NCBI GenBank assembly: GCA_963706575.1 | Contig: CAVPNL010000004.1 | Coordinates: 552,476 to 616,475, forward strand | DNA: 64,000 nucleotides | Reading direction: 5' to 3' | Source: an uncultured delta proteobacterium | Lineage (GTDB): Bacteria > Desulfobacterota > Desulfobacteria > Desulfobacterales > JAHEIW01 | Shown: positions 9,887 through 19,263 of the stretch, one piece after another | Layout: each line of letters starts with the position of its first letter | Numbering within the stretch: the first letter of the stretch is position 1 | Position numbers and translations under genes: made by a program | Notes under the pieces: generated by a model | Databases searched by the model: none | What the model was told of the DNA's origin: nothing | The model's input: only the letters and a program-made list of their open reading frames with translations

Positions 9887-10084
9887 ATGGCCAACGAATA
9901 CCTCATTGAGATACACAATTACATCAGCGAAAAAATCGTTTGCGCTCAAAACCGAAAAGTCGAGGCGAATGCCAATACCGAAATGGAATCACGACGGTTT
10001 TATGAAGGCCAGTTAAAAGAATGGCATCACCTGCGCACATACCTGGCTGAAAAGGTGGACCTAAAGACCCAGAAATACTTCTAA
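9887..10084 (+). CDS. Small helical hypothetical protein (paralog-like to the next gene)
   Basis: ORF track; YL.EI...I ... YEGQLK ... YL pattern. Confidence 0.7.
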   Translation: MANEYLIEIHNYISEKIVCAQNRKVEANANTEMESRRFYEGQLKEWHHLRTYLAEKVDLKTQKYF

Positions 10085-10086
10085 AA

Positions 10087-10302
10087 ATGGCTTATATTTA
10101 TCTACTCGATATTTACAAACTGATAGATCAACGGATGGAAGATGCGAAAGCAGCCATGGGAAACGTATCCGCGGATCCGAATGAAATAAAATACGAGGAA
10201 GGTCGAATCAAAGCACTTACGGATTTTAAGGATTATCTGATACAAAATTTTAATCCCAAGCTTCCCCGCCGCATCAGAGAAGACTTCGAACTTAAAAATT
10301 AA
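10087..10302 (+). CDS. Small helical hypothetical protein
   Basis: ORF track; 2-nt gap after the previous gene; YLLDI ... EEGRIK ... YL pattern. Confidence 0.7.
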   Translation: MAYIYLLDIYKLIDQRMEDAKAAMGNVSADPNEIKYEEGRIKALTDFKDYLIQNFNPKLPRRIREDFELKN

Positions 10303-10331
10303 TTGATTTGATTAATTAAATTTAGAAAAAC

Positions 10332-11141
10332 ATGCTGTTTAAACCAAATTTTAATCCACCTGCTGCTGAGCCTGCATCTGCCTTTTGGTTCATTTTTGAT
10401 AAAAGCCGGTTGCTGATAAAAATCGAAAACGACAGCTGTTCCATTCCCGATACATCCGATCTAAAAAAAATCAAATCCGCTATTATTCGAAAACAGTACC
10501 TTGGAACATTAGATGACCGCCCGTGTTTTGCAGCCGAATTCTCCGGCAACTCGATTCGGGACACGGAATTGGCATTTAAAGATCTGCGGGGACTGTTCGG
10601 AATGCTGGAAGAGGACTTGATCTGGATCGCCGGTCGTGCCAATCAGTTGGTGAACTGGAGTCAAACCCATCGGCACTGCGGAAGATGCGGCAAGCTTACC
10701 GAAGATAAGACAGACGAGCGGGCCAAAACCTGCCCGGAATGCGGCCTGGTTAACTACCCCCGCCTCTCTCCGGCCGTTATTGTTGCCGTGCTGAAAAATG
10801 ATCGAATCCTGCTGGGCCGCAATAAACGCTTTAGATTGCCGTTTTATAGTGTTTTGGCCGGCTTTGTGGAACCGGGAGAAACCCTGGAAGAATGTGTTAA
10901 GCGGGAAATCCGCGAAGAAGTCAGTATAACGGTAAAAAATATCTGCTATTTCGGCAGCCAGCCGTGGCCGTTTCCGGATTCACTGATGATTGCGTTTGTT
11001 GCCGATTACGCCGGAGGTGAAATCAGCACGGATGGATCAGAAATCATCGATGCCGCCTGGTTTGCAAAAGACAATCTACCGCAAATTCCCCCCAAAATCA
11101 GTATTGCCCGGCAGCTGATCGATTGGTTCGTCCATAGCTAA
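10332..11141 (+). CDS. nudC: NAD(H) diphosphatase / NAD-RNA decapping Nudix enzyme
   Basis: CGRCG..CPECG zinc finger, YPRLSPAVIV, Nudix box GFVEPGETLEECVKREIREE, SQPWPFPDSLM. Confidence 0.96.
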   Translation: MLFKPNFNPPAAEPASAFWFIFDKSRLLIKIENDSCSIPDTSDLKKIKSAIIRKQYLGTLDDRPCFAAEFSGNSIRDTELAFKDLRGLFGMLEEDLIWIAGRANQLVNWSQTHRHCGRCGKLTEDKTDERAKTCPECGLVNYPRLSPAVIVAVLKNDRILLGRNKRFRLPFYSVLAGFVEPGETLEECVKREIREEVSITVKNICYFGSQPWPFPDSLMIAFVADYAGGEISTDGSEIIDAAWFAKDNLPQIPPKISIARQLIDWFVHS

Positions 11142-11146
11142 AGCAG

Positions 11147-11255
11147 GTTAGCCCGTTGAGTCCCGCTTTTAGCGGGATTGAGCGTGTTAAATAATGGATT
11201 CTGTCTGATTTATTTTTTACGGAATAATGGGCTAACGGGCTCAACGGGCAACGGG
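11147..11255. repeat. Tandem-oligomer palindrome (GCCCGTT ... AACGGGC) with a nested REP-like hairpin TCCCGCTTTTAGCGGGA
   Basis: Direct reading; lies between convergent genes. Confidence 0.65.
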
Positions 11256-11281
11256 AAAATCCGCCTAAACGCCAAAGGCAT

Positions 11282-11590
11282 TTATGTGGGTGCCATGACT
11301 TGAACGCTTAGATTTTCAACATAATCGGCAACCGCATCGCGATAGGCGGCCATATGGGGCGTTTTGAGGTGCGCCACAAGATGTTCAAGGCTCTCCCAGG
11401 CTTCAACAATGGTCACCACGTTCTCCCTGACCGCCCCCTGGGCCGCTAAGCCGGAATCAACGTCAAGCACCGGCTCATAGGCCAAGCATCCCGCTTCGGC
11501 TTTTACGTTCGGAACATTTTCTTGCAAAACCGCCAGGTATGCTTTTCTGCAATTCGGCTTGAGCTCAATGGTGGCAATTACATGAATCAT
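11282..11590 (-). CDS. Antibiotic biosynthesis monooxygenase / quinol monooxygenase (YgiN-like)
   Basis: MIHVIATI, EAGCLAYEP, EAWESLEHLVAHLKTPHM. Confidence 0.9.
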   Translation of the reverse strand: MIHVIATIELKPNCRKAYLAVLQENVPNVKAEAGCLAYEPVLDVDSGLAAQGAVRENVVTIVEAWESLEHLVAHLKTPHMAAYRDAVADYVENLSVQVMAPT

Positions 11591-11804
11591 GTGTATTTTC
11601 CCCCTTTCACTAGAAGTGGTTTCAAAATCGCATTTATTTTAAAAAAAGTCTACCTCAGAAATAATCAAGCGGTCAGGCTTGAAAGACGAATCTAACCTTC
11701 ATTCAATAATAAGCAATTGCCTTGCTCGTATCCAGTTTTTGCTTGCAACGAGCGCAGGCATCAATTATCCATATTCAATTCGTTTGCCGGAAAGGAATTT
11801 CCTT

Positions 11805-12485
11805 ATGTGTGGCCGCTTCGTGGGATACCGCAATTTAGATGAACTCAAAGAATTCTTTCCCATTGACCGCTCCGCCTGTGAGGTCACCGCCAATTACAAT
11901 GTGGCGCCATCGCAGGAGATCCTGGCGATTTTCAACCACCAGGGGCAAAATTGGCTGGATAAATTCCATTGGGGACTGGTGCCTTTCTGGGCCAAAGATC
12001 CCTCCATCGGGAACCGTATGATCAATGCCCGGGCAGAAACCGTTGCCGAAAAACCTTCTTTCAAAAATGCCTTTAAAAACCGCCGCTGCCTGATCATTGC
12101 CGACGGCTTTTATGAATGGAAAGGCGCCAAAGGGCAAAAACTACCGCTGTTTATCACGCTACCAGACAGGAAACCCTTCGCTTTTGCCGGCCTATGGGAA
12201 ACCTGGGGAAAAAAAGATCAGCAATCGCAATCTCTTTATCGGTCATGCACCATCATTACGACCGAAGCCTGTGAGGCCATGCGCGACATCCACCACCGCA
12301 TGCCGGCGATCCTCAAACCTGAAATGTATGAATTCTGGCTAAATCCGGATAATCAGGATGCCACTGCATTAAAAAATATTCTGGCAACGGCACTCCTGAC
12401 CGATCTGGTCAGCCACCCGGTATCCAAACAGGTCAACTCCACCCGCACTAACGACGCCTCCTGCATCGATCCAGTCGATTACTAA
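11805..12485 (+). CDS. yedK: SOS response-associated peptidase (SRAP/YedK/HMCES), abasic-site crosslinking protein
   Basis: True start MCGRF at 11805; NYNVAP, WGLVP, INARAET, DGFYEW, IHHRMP. Confidence 0.95.
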   Translation: MCGRFVGYRNLDELKEFFPIDRSACEVTANYNVAPSQEILAIFNHQGQNWLDKFHWGLVPFWAKDPSIGNRMINARAETVAEKPSFKNAFKNRRCLIIADGFYEWKGAKGQKLPLFITLPDRKPFAFAGLWETWGKKDQQSQSLYRSCTIITTEACEAMRDIHHRMPAILKPEMYEFWLNPDNQDATALKNILATALLTDLVSHPVSKQVNSTRTNDASCIDPVDY

Positions 12486-12507
12486 ACCCAATCTACAAAA
12501 TCCCAAA

Positions 12508-12570
12508 ATTTCATATTGCGTCAGCACATCCTAAAAATATTCGTCCCTTCAAAATTTCAACTCAGGCACG
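12508..12570. repeat. Diverged three-copy repeat, copy 1
   Basis: ATTTCATATTGCGTCAGCACATC...CAAAATTTCAACTCAGGCACG; other copies at 27635 and 30017. Confidence 0.75.
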
Positions 12571-13039
12571 TAGTCCAAAATAAATTAAGGCCCAAAAAAG
12601 TGTGTATTTCCCCAGGCTAATCTGCAATTTCATAAACGCGATTTTAGTATGGTTTTTTTCCTATGTCGGATCATACCTTATCATGGTCCAGAAACGCTCT
12701 CGATATCACTTTGAAACATGTACTTTTATCTAAGTTGATTTCAAGGCAAAATTCAGCTAAACAATTATATCAATTTTTTTTTCTGAGTCTATGGATATCA
12801 AAACTTTACCGGAACCTTTGTTACTCTCAAAGTACCCTACAAGGACCAAACTTGAGGTTTGGTATCAGCATCACCGGTGCCAACATTCTCCATGAATTGA
12901 TAGTATCACCATCGGCTAAATTGCAGGCTCGTTCAGACAACATGATTAAGTTATCCATGAGCAAACATTCGCATAGCCGCGGGATCAGGGAAACCGCCGG
13001 GACCGAGAGTGGTAATGCAGTGGTTCATGGCAACTAACC

Positions 13040-14626
13040 ATGAGATCAAGGAGAGATATCTTGAGCAAACCAAAAACAAAAATAACGACTCGAAGGTGGC
13101 GTCGTGAAGACATTCCGGAGATCATCACGTGCAGCCGGGCAACATACCACGATTATCCCGAAGAATATATATTCACGGAACGCCATTACGAAATGCAGTT
13201 CGCCGCGTTTCCCCAGGGGCAGTTTGTGGCCGTCTGCGGCAAAAAAATCATCGGGTACGCCACCTGCATGATTGTCAGCATCGATGATGATTTCTGGTAC
13301 GACGTGGATGAGCTGACCGGGGCCGGCACTTTCAGCACGCACAACCAGGACGGCGACACCCTTTACGGTGCCGATATTGCAGTCCATCCGGACTATCAGC
13401 GCCGCGGCGTCGCCATGCTGCTGTATCAGCGGCGGCGAAGCGTCTTGAAAAGATACAATCTGAGACAGATGATCGCCTACGGAAGGCTGTCCGGATATAA
13501 AAATTACGCGGGGAAAATGACAGCTGAACAATATGTTGAAAAGGTGACGAACGGAGAATTGCGGGACCCGGCCTTGAACGCCCACCTGAAAGCCGGATTC
13601 CACGTCAAAAAGGTTCAACTCGACATTACGGTCGACCGTTCCAGTTTGAACTACTCGACATACCTCGTCATGCCCAACCCTGATTTTAACGTGGCCAAAA
13701 AAAAGATAGCTTCAGCCGTGTTTCCCAAAATTCAGGCCCGCAGGGTCAGGGTGTGCGCAGCCCAATACAGCATGCGGGCTATCCAGTCTTTTGAAGACCT
13801 CAAACGTTCAGTTGAATTTTTTGTCGATTCGGCAGATTCCTATCACTGCCACTTCCTGCTGTTTCCGGAGTACTTTACTTACCAGCTTTTAAGTTTCCAA
13901 AAACGGCTCTCCATGAAGGAGGCCGCCGAGAAACTTGCCGGTTATACGGACCGATACATCAATATGTTTAAGCGCTTCGCGCAGAAGTATAACATTTATA
14001 TTATCGGTGGTTCCCATCCGGTATTGCGGGACGGCAAATATTACAACACCGCCCACCTGTTCACACCGGCCGGCAATGTCTATACCCAGGATAAGCTTCA
14101 CATTACGCCGGTGGAGCGCAATGAAGGCGGCATCGAACCGGGGACAGCCCTCCGGATTTTCCGCACGCCTCTGGCCAGAATTGCGATCCAGGTCTGCTAT
14201 GATATCGAGTTTCCGGAGGCATCGCGCCTCCTGACGCTTGCCGGGGCGGAAATCATTTTCGTGCCTTGTTACACCGAAGAAAAAAAAGCCTACTACCGTG
14301 TGAGGCATTGCGCCCAGGCCCGAGCTGTTGAAAACTTTATTTATGTGGTGATGACAGGAAGTGTCGGCAACATGCTAACCCCATCCGGTTCCTTTTTGAA
14401 CTACAGCCAGGCGGCCATTCTTACCCCCAGTGATTTTTCCTTCCCGGAAAAGGGAATAGAAGGGGAGGCTGACCCCAATGTGGAAGCGGTTGTGGTATCT
14501 GAACTCGCCCTTTCTTCACTATCGCAGCAGCGGCATGTGGCAACGGTTCGACCGCTGCATGACATGCGCCCGGATCTCTATGACCTCCGTCCAAAAAATA
14601 AAATCGAAATTATTCAAGTCGAGTGA
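13040..14626 (+). CDS. Bifunctional GNAT acetyltransferase / carbon-nitrogen hydrolase
   Basis: N-terminal VHPDYQRRGVA acetyl-CoA motif; nitrilase triad LFPEY, QDKLH, QVCYD. Confidence 0.92.
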   Translation: MRSRRDILSKPKTKITTRRWRREDIPEIITCSRATYHDYPEEYIFTERHYEMQFAAFPQGQFVAVCGKKIIGYATCMIVSIDDDFWYDVDELTGAGTFSTHNQDGDTLYGADIAVHPDYQRRGVAMLLYQRRRSVLKRYNLRQMIAYGRLSGYKNYAGKMTAEQYVEKVTNGELRDPALNAHLKAGFHVKKVQLDITVDRSSLNYSTYLVMPNPDFNVAKKKIASAVFPKIQARRVRVCAAQYSMRAIQSFEDLKRSVEFFVDSADSYHCHFLLFPEYFTYQLLSFQKRLSMKEAAEKLAGYTDRYINMFKRFAQKYNIYIIGGSHPVLRDGKYYNTAHLFTPAGNVYTQDKLHITPVERNEGGIEPGTALRIFRTPLARIAIQVCYDIEFPEASRLLTLAGAEIIFVPCYTEEKKAYYRVRHCAQARAVENFIYVVMTGSVGNMLTPSGSFLNYSQAAILTPSDFSFPEKGIEGEADPNVEAVVVSELALSSLSQQRHVATVRPLHDMRPDLYDLRPKNKIEIIQVE

Positions 14627-15030
14627 GCTGGTTCAAAAAAAGACACCGGGGTCAGATTTTGAATGCTGACGAAAATGCTGCGAAGCGCCGTGGCGTTTTC
14701 ATGGTTCACGCACCTAATTCACCGGATTGACACCCGTACATGCCGAATATTAAGATCATTTAATTTTAATCCAGAACCCATCAGTTTTATTTTTATTTCA
14801 GATTGTATATTAGGTTTACGCAATCGCCAAATTAGCGAAAGGTGCGATTGCGGCTATAAAGGGACAACCGCAATTTATTACATATATCTTCTGGTAGTCC
14901 TAAATATTTTCGAACCTAAAAACTTCAGATTACTCTAAAAAATCAGTCCTTTTGAATCCTTGAAAAAACTATGATTATTTTCTCAACCCGAAGAGTCAAT
15001 TTCTAGTCATTTTGGTTGAAGCCGTTAATT

Positions 15031-15061
15031 AAAAAAAGGGCAGTGTTACCACTGCCCTTTA
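15031..15061. terminator. Intrinsic terminator (probably for the minus-strand genes)
   Basis: AAAAAAAGGGCAGTG-TTAC-CACTGCCCTTT. Confidence 0.75.
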
Positions 15062-15121
15062 AGGGAGGAGAAGTGTAATGCTTGGAGGTCAACTCCCATC
15101 AAGCCGCCTATTGCATGTTAT

Positions 15122-15340
15122 TTAACTCCGCTTCTCCGGCGCAAGCGCCTCGGAAACCAAATCCAGCTCCGGCCCCCTGCGTTTAAAAAGCAATATGACA
15201 TTCAAAAAGCGCTGAAGCCTTTTTTCACCCACCAGATGAATGATCAGAAGCATCCCTGCTACGGCAGTCCCGATAAAAACCACGCTGACACAGCTTTTGA
15301 GTGTATGGCACTTGTCACAGTACCATAATCTTTTAAACAA
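15122..15340 (-). CDS. Small hypothetical membrane protein with CxxCH-like motif
   Basis: ORF track; YCDKCH followed by one TM segment. Confidence 0.45.
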   Translation of the reverse strand: MFKRLWYCDKCHTLKSCVSVVFIGTAVAGMLLIIHLVGEKRLQRFLNVILLFKRRGPELDLVSEALAPEKRS

Positions 15341-15376
15341 GAACGCTCGCCCCCTTTTTTCGCCGCGCCCGACCCG

Positions 15377-15556
15377 TTATTTTGTTTGGTCTTTGGAACC
15401 CCCCATGCCCAGGGCAAATTTTAAAAACTTTCGTTCGGCAATTTTATAATTTTCTTCGGAATAATGATTCATATTCTCGGCAATACGAAATTTCTTTCGA
15501 TACTTTTCCACCAGTAATTTAATCCCCGTATTTTGACTGTAAGCGTTTCCCCCCAT
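15377..15556 (-). CDS. Small hypothetical protein (VEKYRKKFRIAENMNHYSEENYKIAERKFLK)
   Basis: ORF track; protein-like composition; start uncertain. Confidence 0.6.
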   Translation of the reverse strand: MGGNAYSQNTGIKLLVEKYRKKFRIAENMNHYSEENYKIAERKFLKFALGMGGSKDQTK

Positions 15557-15798
15557 AAAATAAAAAGGGAAGCAAAAATCGTGCAAACTTCCCGTCTGAT
15601 CTCACCGTTATCGTTTCACTTTCGATTTCAACTAGTTAATTGGAGTGCGTCAAATTGCACAATACAACAATATGAAACCCGCTACCCAATTTTTATGAAA
15701 TCACTTTCATAACCAGCGTTTTAGATGCTGAAAATTAGTATTATGTCTCACAAAAATGTTACAAAAGTCGGGGGATATATTTTAGTTCGGTCGACTTG

Positions 15799-16698
15799 CT
15801 ACTCCGTCTGAAGCCCGGCCAGCGCCTTTTTGCTTAACACCAGCCAGTTGCCGACCAGCACGACTGCCATACCGATTATATTGTGGGGGGCCCATTGGTA
15901 GCCTTCGTAAACCGTCGAGATGCCAAGGGCGACAATCGGAAAGAGCATGGTGGCATAGGCTGCGCGATCCGCGCCGATTTTGCCGATGAGTTTCAGATAG
16001 CACCCGAAAGCGATAACGGTTCCGAAAAGAGACAGGTAAAAAAGGGAGCCGACGTAAGAAAGCGACATTTCAAAACTGAATGTTTTGCCGCTTATAAGGG
16101 AAATTGCTCCGATGATTACAGCGCCGTAGGCCATGCCGTAAGCATTGGTTTGAATGACCGGCAGATTATTTTGCTGGTGGCGGGCCGAAATGATATTACC
16201 CAGTGAAGCCATAAAGGTTGATACAACGCTCAACACCAAGCCCAGGGCGCCTTGATCTGAAAGGCTGAAAGATATCAGCTGCGGCCAAAAAACAAGCACA
16301 ATTCCCGAAACCCCGATTGCCCCCCCCAGCAAGACATTTGAACGAATCGGTGAACCCAGCAAAACGGCTCCGTTGATCATATTCATAAAAACAATACCGG
16401 AAAAAATCACCGCAACCAGCCCGCTGGTGACATGCACTTCGGCCAGATAGATCAACCAGTAATTGACCGAAAAAAGAACCAGGCCCTGCAGCGCCATAAA
16501 GATATGATCCTTCAGGCCAAACCGCATCTTAAGGCTCCGCAATTTACAGTACAGGAACAGTGTCAGTGCTGCGGCCATAAAACGATATAGAACAGAAACC
16601 ATCGGATCAACACTGCCCAGCTGAAATTTAATCGCCAGCCAGGTTGTGCCCCATATGATAACGGTAGATCCATATAAGAAAAAGATGTTGGCATTCAT
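15799..16698 (-). CDS. DMT/EamA family transporter
   Basis: IWGTTWLAIKFQ; two EamA repeats; start MNANIF after AGGTGG. Confidence 0.92.
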   Translation of the reverse strand: MNANIFFLYGSTVIIWGTTWLAIKFQLGSVDPMVSVLYRFMAAALTLFLYCKLRSLKMRFGLKDHIFMALQGLVLFSVNYWLIYLAEVHVTSGLVAVIFSGIVFMNMINGAVLLGSPIRSNVLLGGAIGVSGIVLVFWPQLISFSLSDQGALGLVLSVVSTFMASLGNIISARHQQNNLPVIQTNAYGMAYGAVIIGAISLISGKTFSFEMSLSYVGSLFYLSLFGTVIAFGCYLKLIGKIGADRAAYATMLFPIVALGISTVYEGYQWAPHNIIGMAVVLVGNWLVLSKKALAGLQTE

Positions 16699-16926
16699 TG
16701 CTTCGCCACCTTTCCTCCGACTCATGCAAAATACAAGCTCTAATTTCCAACCTTTGCCTCGACTTCTTCCCGCTTTTCATTTCCGGTTGGCCCAGCAATA
16801 CGCTGCACCCATTTCAGCGCCCGTCCATCGATAATGATCAGTCCCAGAAAAGTGAAAGGATGATCAGCAGTCCCCATTCATTTGGTTTCATTGAACCCAT
16901 TTTACAAATTTTACCTCCGCTTCAAC

Positions 16927-17120
16927 TAGAGCCCATCTCAAAAATAGGATTTTGGTTCAAGATCGCGGCGGTGTCTAGCTTTCCAGCGTTGCTGGACTTC
17001 CCGCCTGATTAAATCCTCTTTGTGGGTCGTAATCCGGAGGCATACTGTTGTATGTTGAGGATTTAAAGCGAGGCACCAACAAAGATATTGGGCCAAAAAA
17101 CATTTTTGAGATGGATTCTA
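16927..17120. mobile_element. MITE-like element, copy 2
   Basis: TAGAGCCCATCTCAAAAAT ... ATTTTTGAGATGGATTCTA; internal sequence nearly identical to copy 1. Confidence 0.85.
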
Positions 17121-17285
17121 ATTAAATTCGGGCCCCATTATAATTTCACAAAAAATATGTTTCCACCCGATTCTTGCGGTGTTTATTCAAAAAGGTGTTA
17201 ACTATCAGAAGTGCTCGCCAAAGAAAAGTGCCTTTTCATGAGACCGATTGGGCCAGAATAAACACCCCCCGCTCCTGCTTCGGAT

Positions 17286-17371
17286 TTCTGTGTTCTGTCC
17301 TCGACTCGACTGAGCTCGCCGCAGGCTGGCTTCTGACGTCTATCCTCTGTCATCCGACCTCTGTCTTCCGA
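17286..17371. repeat. 7-mer tandem array (TCTGTCN-like) with a nested REP-like hairpin
   Basis: ttctgtgttctgtcctcgactcgactgagctcgccgcagg...cctctgtcatccgacctctgtcttccga; related array at 19035-19116. Confidence 0.55.
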
Positions 17372-17683
17372 TAAAAGTGTGTAATTCAGGTAATAAAATT
17401 AGGTACTTTACTACCCAGTTTTTCGGATAAGTCAATTCTTAAATTCTTATAAGATTTTAATATTGTTTATAAAATAAAAATTGGCCTGACTGGCATATTT
17501 TTTGCATTTTGCAAAAATGTCTGTCACAACTTTGACTTTCTATTCTTAGGTCCGGTTGGCGGCAGACGCTTCTATCGGCTAGGGGCGGGTTCCCAATTTA
17601 CCCCTTTTACCCTTTAAATTTAAACCGGTAATGCCTTTGGGAACCCCAACCCCTTCTTCCCTTAAGATTCAAAAAATCTATGA

Positions 17684-17750
17684 GCGGGGGCTCAAGGGGG
17701 AGCGAGGCCTAGCAAGGTCGCAGACAGGTTCGATTCCTGCACCCGCTCCA
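17684..17750 (+). pseudogene. Degenerate tRNA-Gly(GCC)-like cloverleaf
   Basis: 5' GCGGG, D stem GCTC/GAGC, GGCC-TAGCAA-GGTC arm (cf. GACC-TTGCCAA-GGTC of tRNA-Gly), T arm CAGG-TTCGATT-CCTG, 3' CACCCGCTCCA; shorter than a canonical tRNA. Confidence 0.65.
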
Positions 17751-17765
17751 TTTCGATGTGAAGGT

Positions 17766-17966
17766 ATGAAAACATTGTTGGCATTTTTATTCACAGTTGT
17801 CGCTGTCTGCGCCCTTATCGGATTCGCCGAGGCAGGTATCCTTACAGGTATCATCACGTATATAAAAACCAGCGTGCCGATAAGCGCGGGTAAAATTCCC
17901 TGGCCGGCATTTATGATTCTGCTTGCAACCGGAATAATCGGCATACTGGGTATCAGGAGAAGATGA
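17766..17966 (+). CDS. Mini secreted protein with a PEP-CTERM-like C-terminus
   Basis: Signal peptide ending AEA, ~20-aa linker, then IPWPAFMILLATGIIGILGIRRR. Confidence 0.65.
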   Translation: MKTLLAFLFTVVAVCALIGFAEAGILTGIITYIKTSVPISAGKIPWPAFMILLATGIIGILGIRRR

Positions 17967-18355
17967 AAGAAGCCTTAATGGACGCACACAAACACCTGAA
18001 ATCCAGAAAGGATGCTCGACTATTTTTTAGCAAGAACCAAAAAGTCGCGGTACGCTGTTTGACGGACACGTGTAATTTTGAGGCCAGAATTCAGAATGTA
18101 AGTTCTTCAGGTGTTTTTATTAAAACAGACCAGCAGATGCCTGTCGGGGAAGAAATCGCTGTGTCTTTCACATTCCCCGATTCGGGAAATCAGGTCAACG
18201 CAACCGGCAAAGTTGTCAGAACCACACATTCCGGGATGGGTGTCGAAATTCAGGTCTATTTTAAGGAAAAACACAAAGAATATAAACCCCGCAAAATTGC
18301 CCGTAAAAAATCGCCGAAGCTTATATTCCTGGGTCCTTCAAATCCGTCCAGGTAA
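17963..18355 (+). CDS. PilZ domain protein
   Basis: RKDAR and NVSSSG motifs (RxxxR, D/NxSxxG); overlaps the previous stop (ATGA). Confidence 0.85.
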   Translation: MKEALMDAHKHLKSRKDARLFFSKNQKVAVRCLTDTCNFEARIQNVSSSGVFIKTDQQMPVGEEIAVSFTFPDSGNQVNATGKVVRTTHSGMGVEIQVYFKEKHKEYKPRKIARKKSPKLIFLGPSNPSR

Positions 18356-18643
18356 ACCCATCTATTCGGGTATTTCTTCACCCTTTATCCCCCCACATAT
18401 AAATACACATCTCTCTTCTGCCCGCTTTTCTGCTCGGCAGGCAAGCCGACACGCTGGCAGCGATGTAAGCATCATAGGCACGGACAGGTGCGTATAATTA
18501 TTTAACAAATTGATATAATATACTTTTTCTTTTAATTTCTAACCGCTAAAAATAAAATATAACTTGTCAAAAATCCGAAAATTAGCTAAATTTTTATTAT
18601 CTTTATATAAATTTACCAATCCCTAACGAATCAACAGGTAATC

Positions 18644-18973
18644 ATGAGTGGCTTTTTTTCATTTATCTTCTTTGTGCTACTACCGCTGGCAATCGGAATA
18701 CTGACAATCTATTTATCAATCGATTTTTTTGAATATTTGAAAAAATATCACCAGCCAAAATATAAGCAAATGTCTTTTGCAAGTCTCTTTGGGATTTCGA
18801 ATGAAAGCTTCATTTTTCACCTTATCAAACCACAGGAATTTTTCCGCTTTCTCCTTTCACCGGCTGATCTGCAGGATAATAACGTCAAAGTTTATAAAAC
18901 CCGAATCCGGTTAAGCCTGGTTGCCCTCATGGGGTTGTTTGCGATTATCTTGTTGTGGTCCATCATTTTCTAA
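18644..18973 (+). CDS. Hypothetical membrane protein (2 TM)
   Basis: ORF track; hydrophobic ends. Confidence 0.65.
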   Translation: MSGFFSFIFFVLLPLAIGILTIYLSIDFFEYLKKYHQPKYKQMSFASLFGISNESFIFHLIKPQEFFRFLLSPADLQDNNVKVYKTRIRLSLVALMGLFAIILLWSIIF

Positions 18974-19034
18974 AAGGGCCGCAAACCCGTTAGCTGACGG
19001 TTACCATTCACCTTTTCTAAATTCCGCAATACGG

Positions 19035-19116
19035 CTTCTGACACTTCTCATCTGATCGGTGCCCGCTGTTATCCATCCTCTAATATCTGTCATCTGACTT
19101 CTGTCCTCTGGTATCT
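19035..19116. repeat. 7-mer tandem array (TCTG-rich), one-armed
   Basis: atctgtcatctgacttctgtcctctggtatct. Confidence 0.45.
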
Positions 19117-19128
19117 TGAGTATCAAAA

Positions 19129-19154
19129 TGCTATAATCTACCTACCGGTAGGTA
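19129..19154 (+). promoter_or_regulatory. Extended -10 promoter followed by a perfect 16-bp palindrome (probable TetR operator)
   Basis: TGCTATAAT at 19129-19137; TACCTACCGGTAGGTA at 19139-19154; upstream of tetR. Confidence 0.7.
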
Positions 19155-19263
19155 TTTTCCTTGACAAGCCTAAAATTTTGAAGTACGCATGGCCTTCATT
19201 TTGACATTTCCGGCTTGGAATGATGAGAAATAGTGCTAAGGAACACGGGTACACAGGCCCCCG

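Noticed and set aside
11679-11804. N-terminal extension of SRAP in the ORF track (likewise 45309..45527 and 6021..6137)
   Set aside because: SRAP needs Cys2 after the start (MCGRF); the extensions lack coding character, and RBS or domain boundaries favour the downstream starts.
17684-17750. Functional tRNA (Gly, Ala or Sec)
   Set aside because: Too short, 6-nt anticodon loop, missing linker positions and no long variable arm; kept only as a tRNA-like element.
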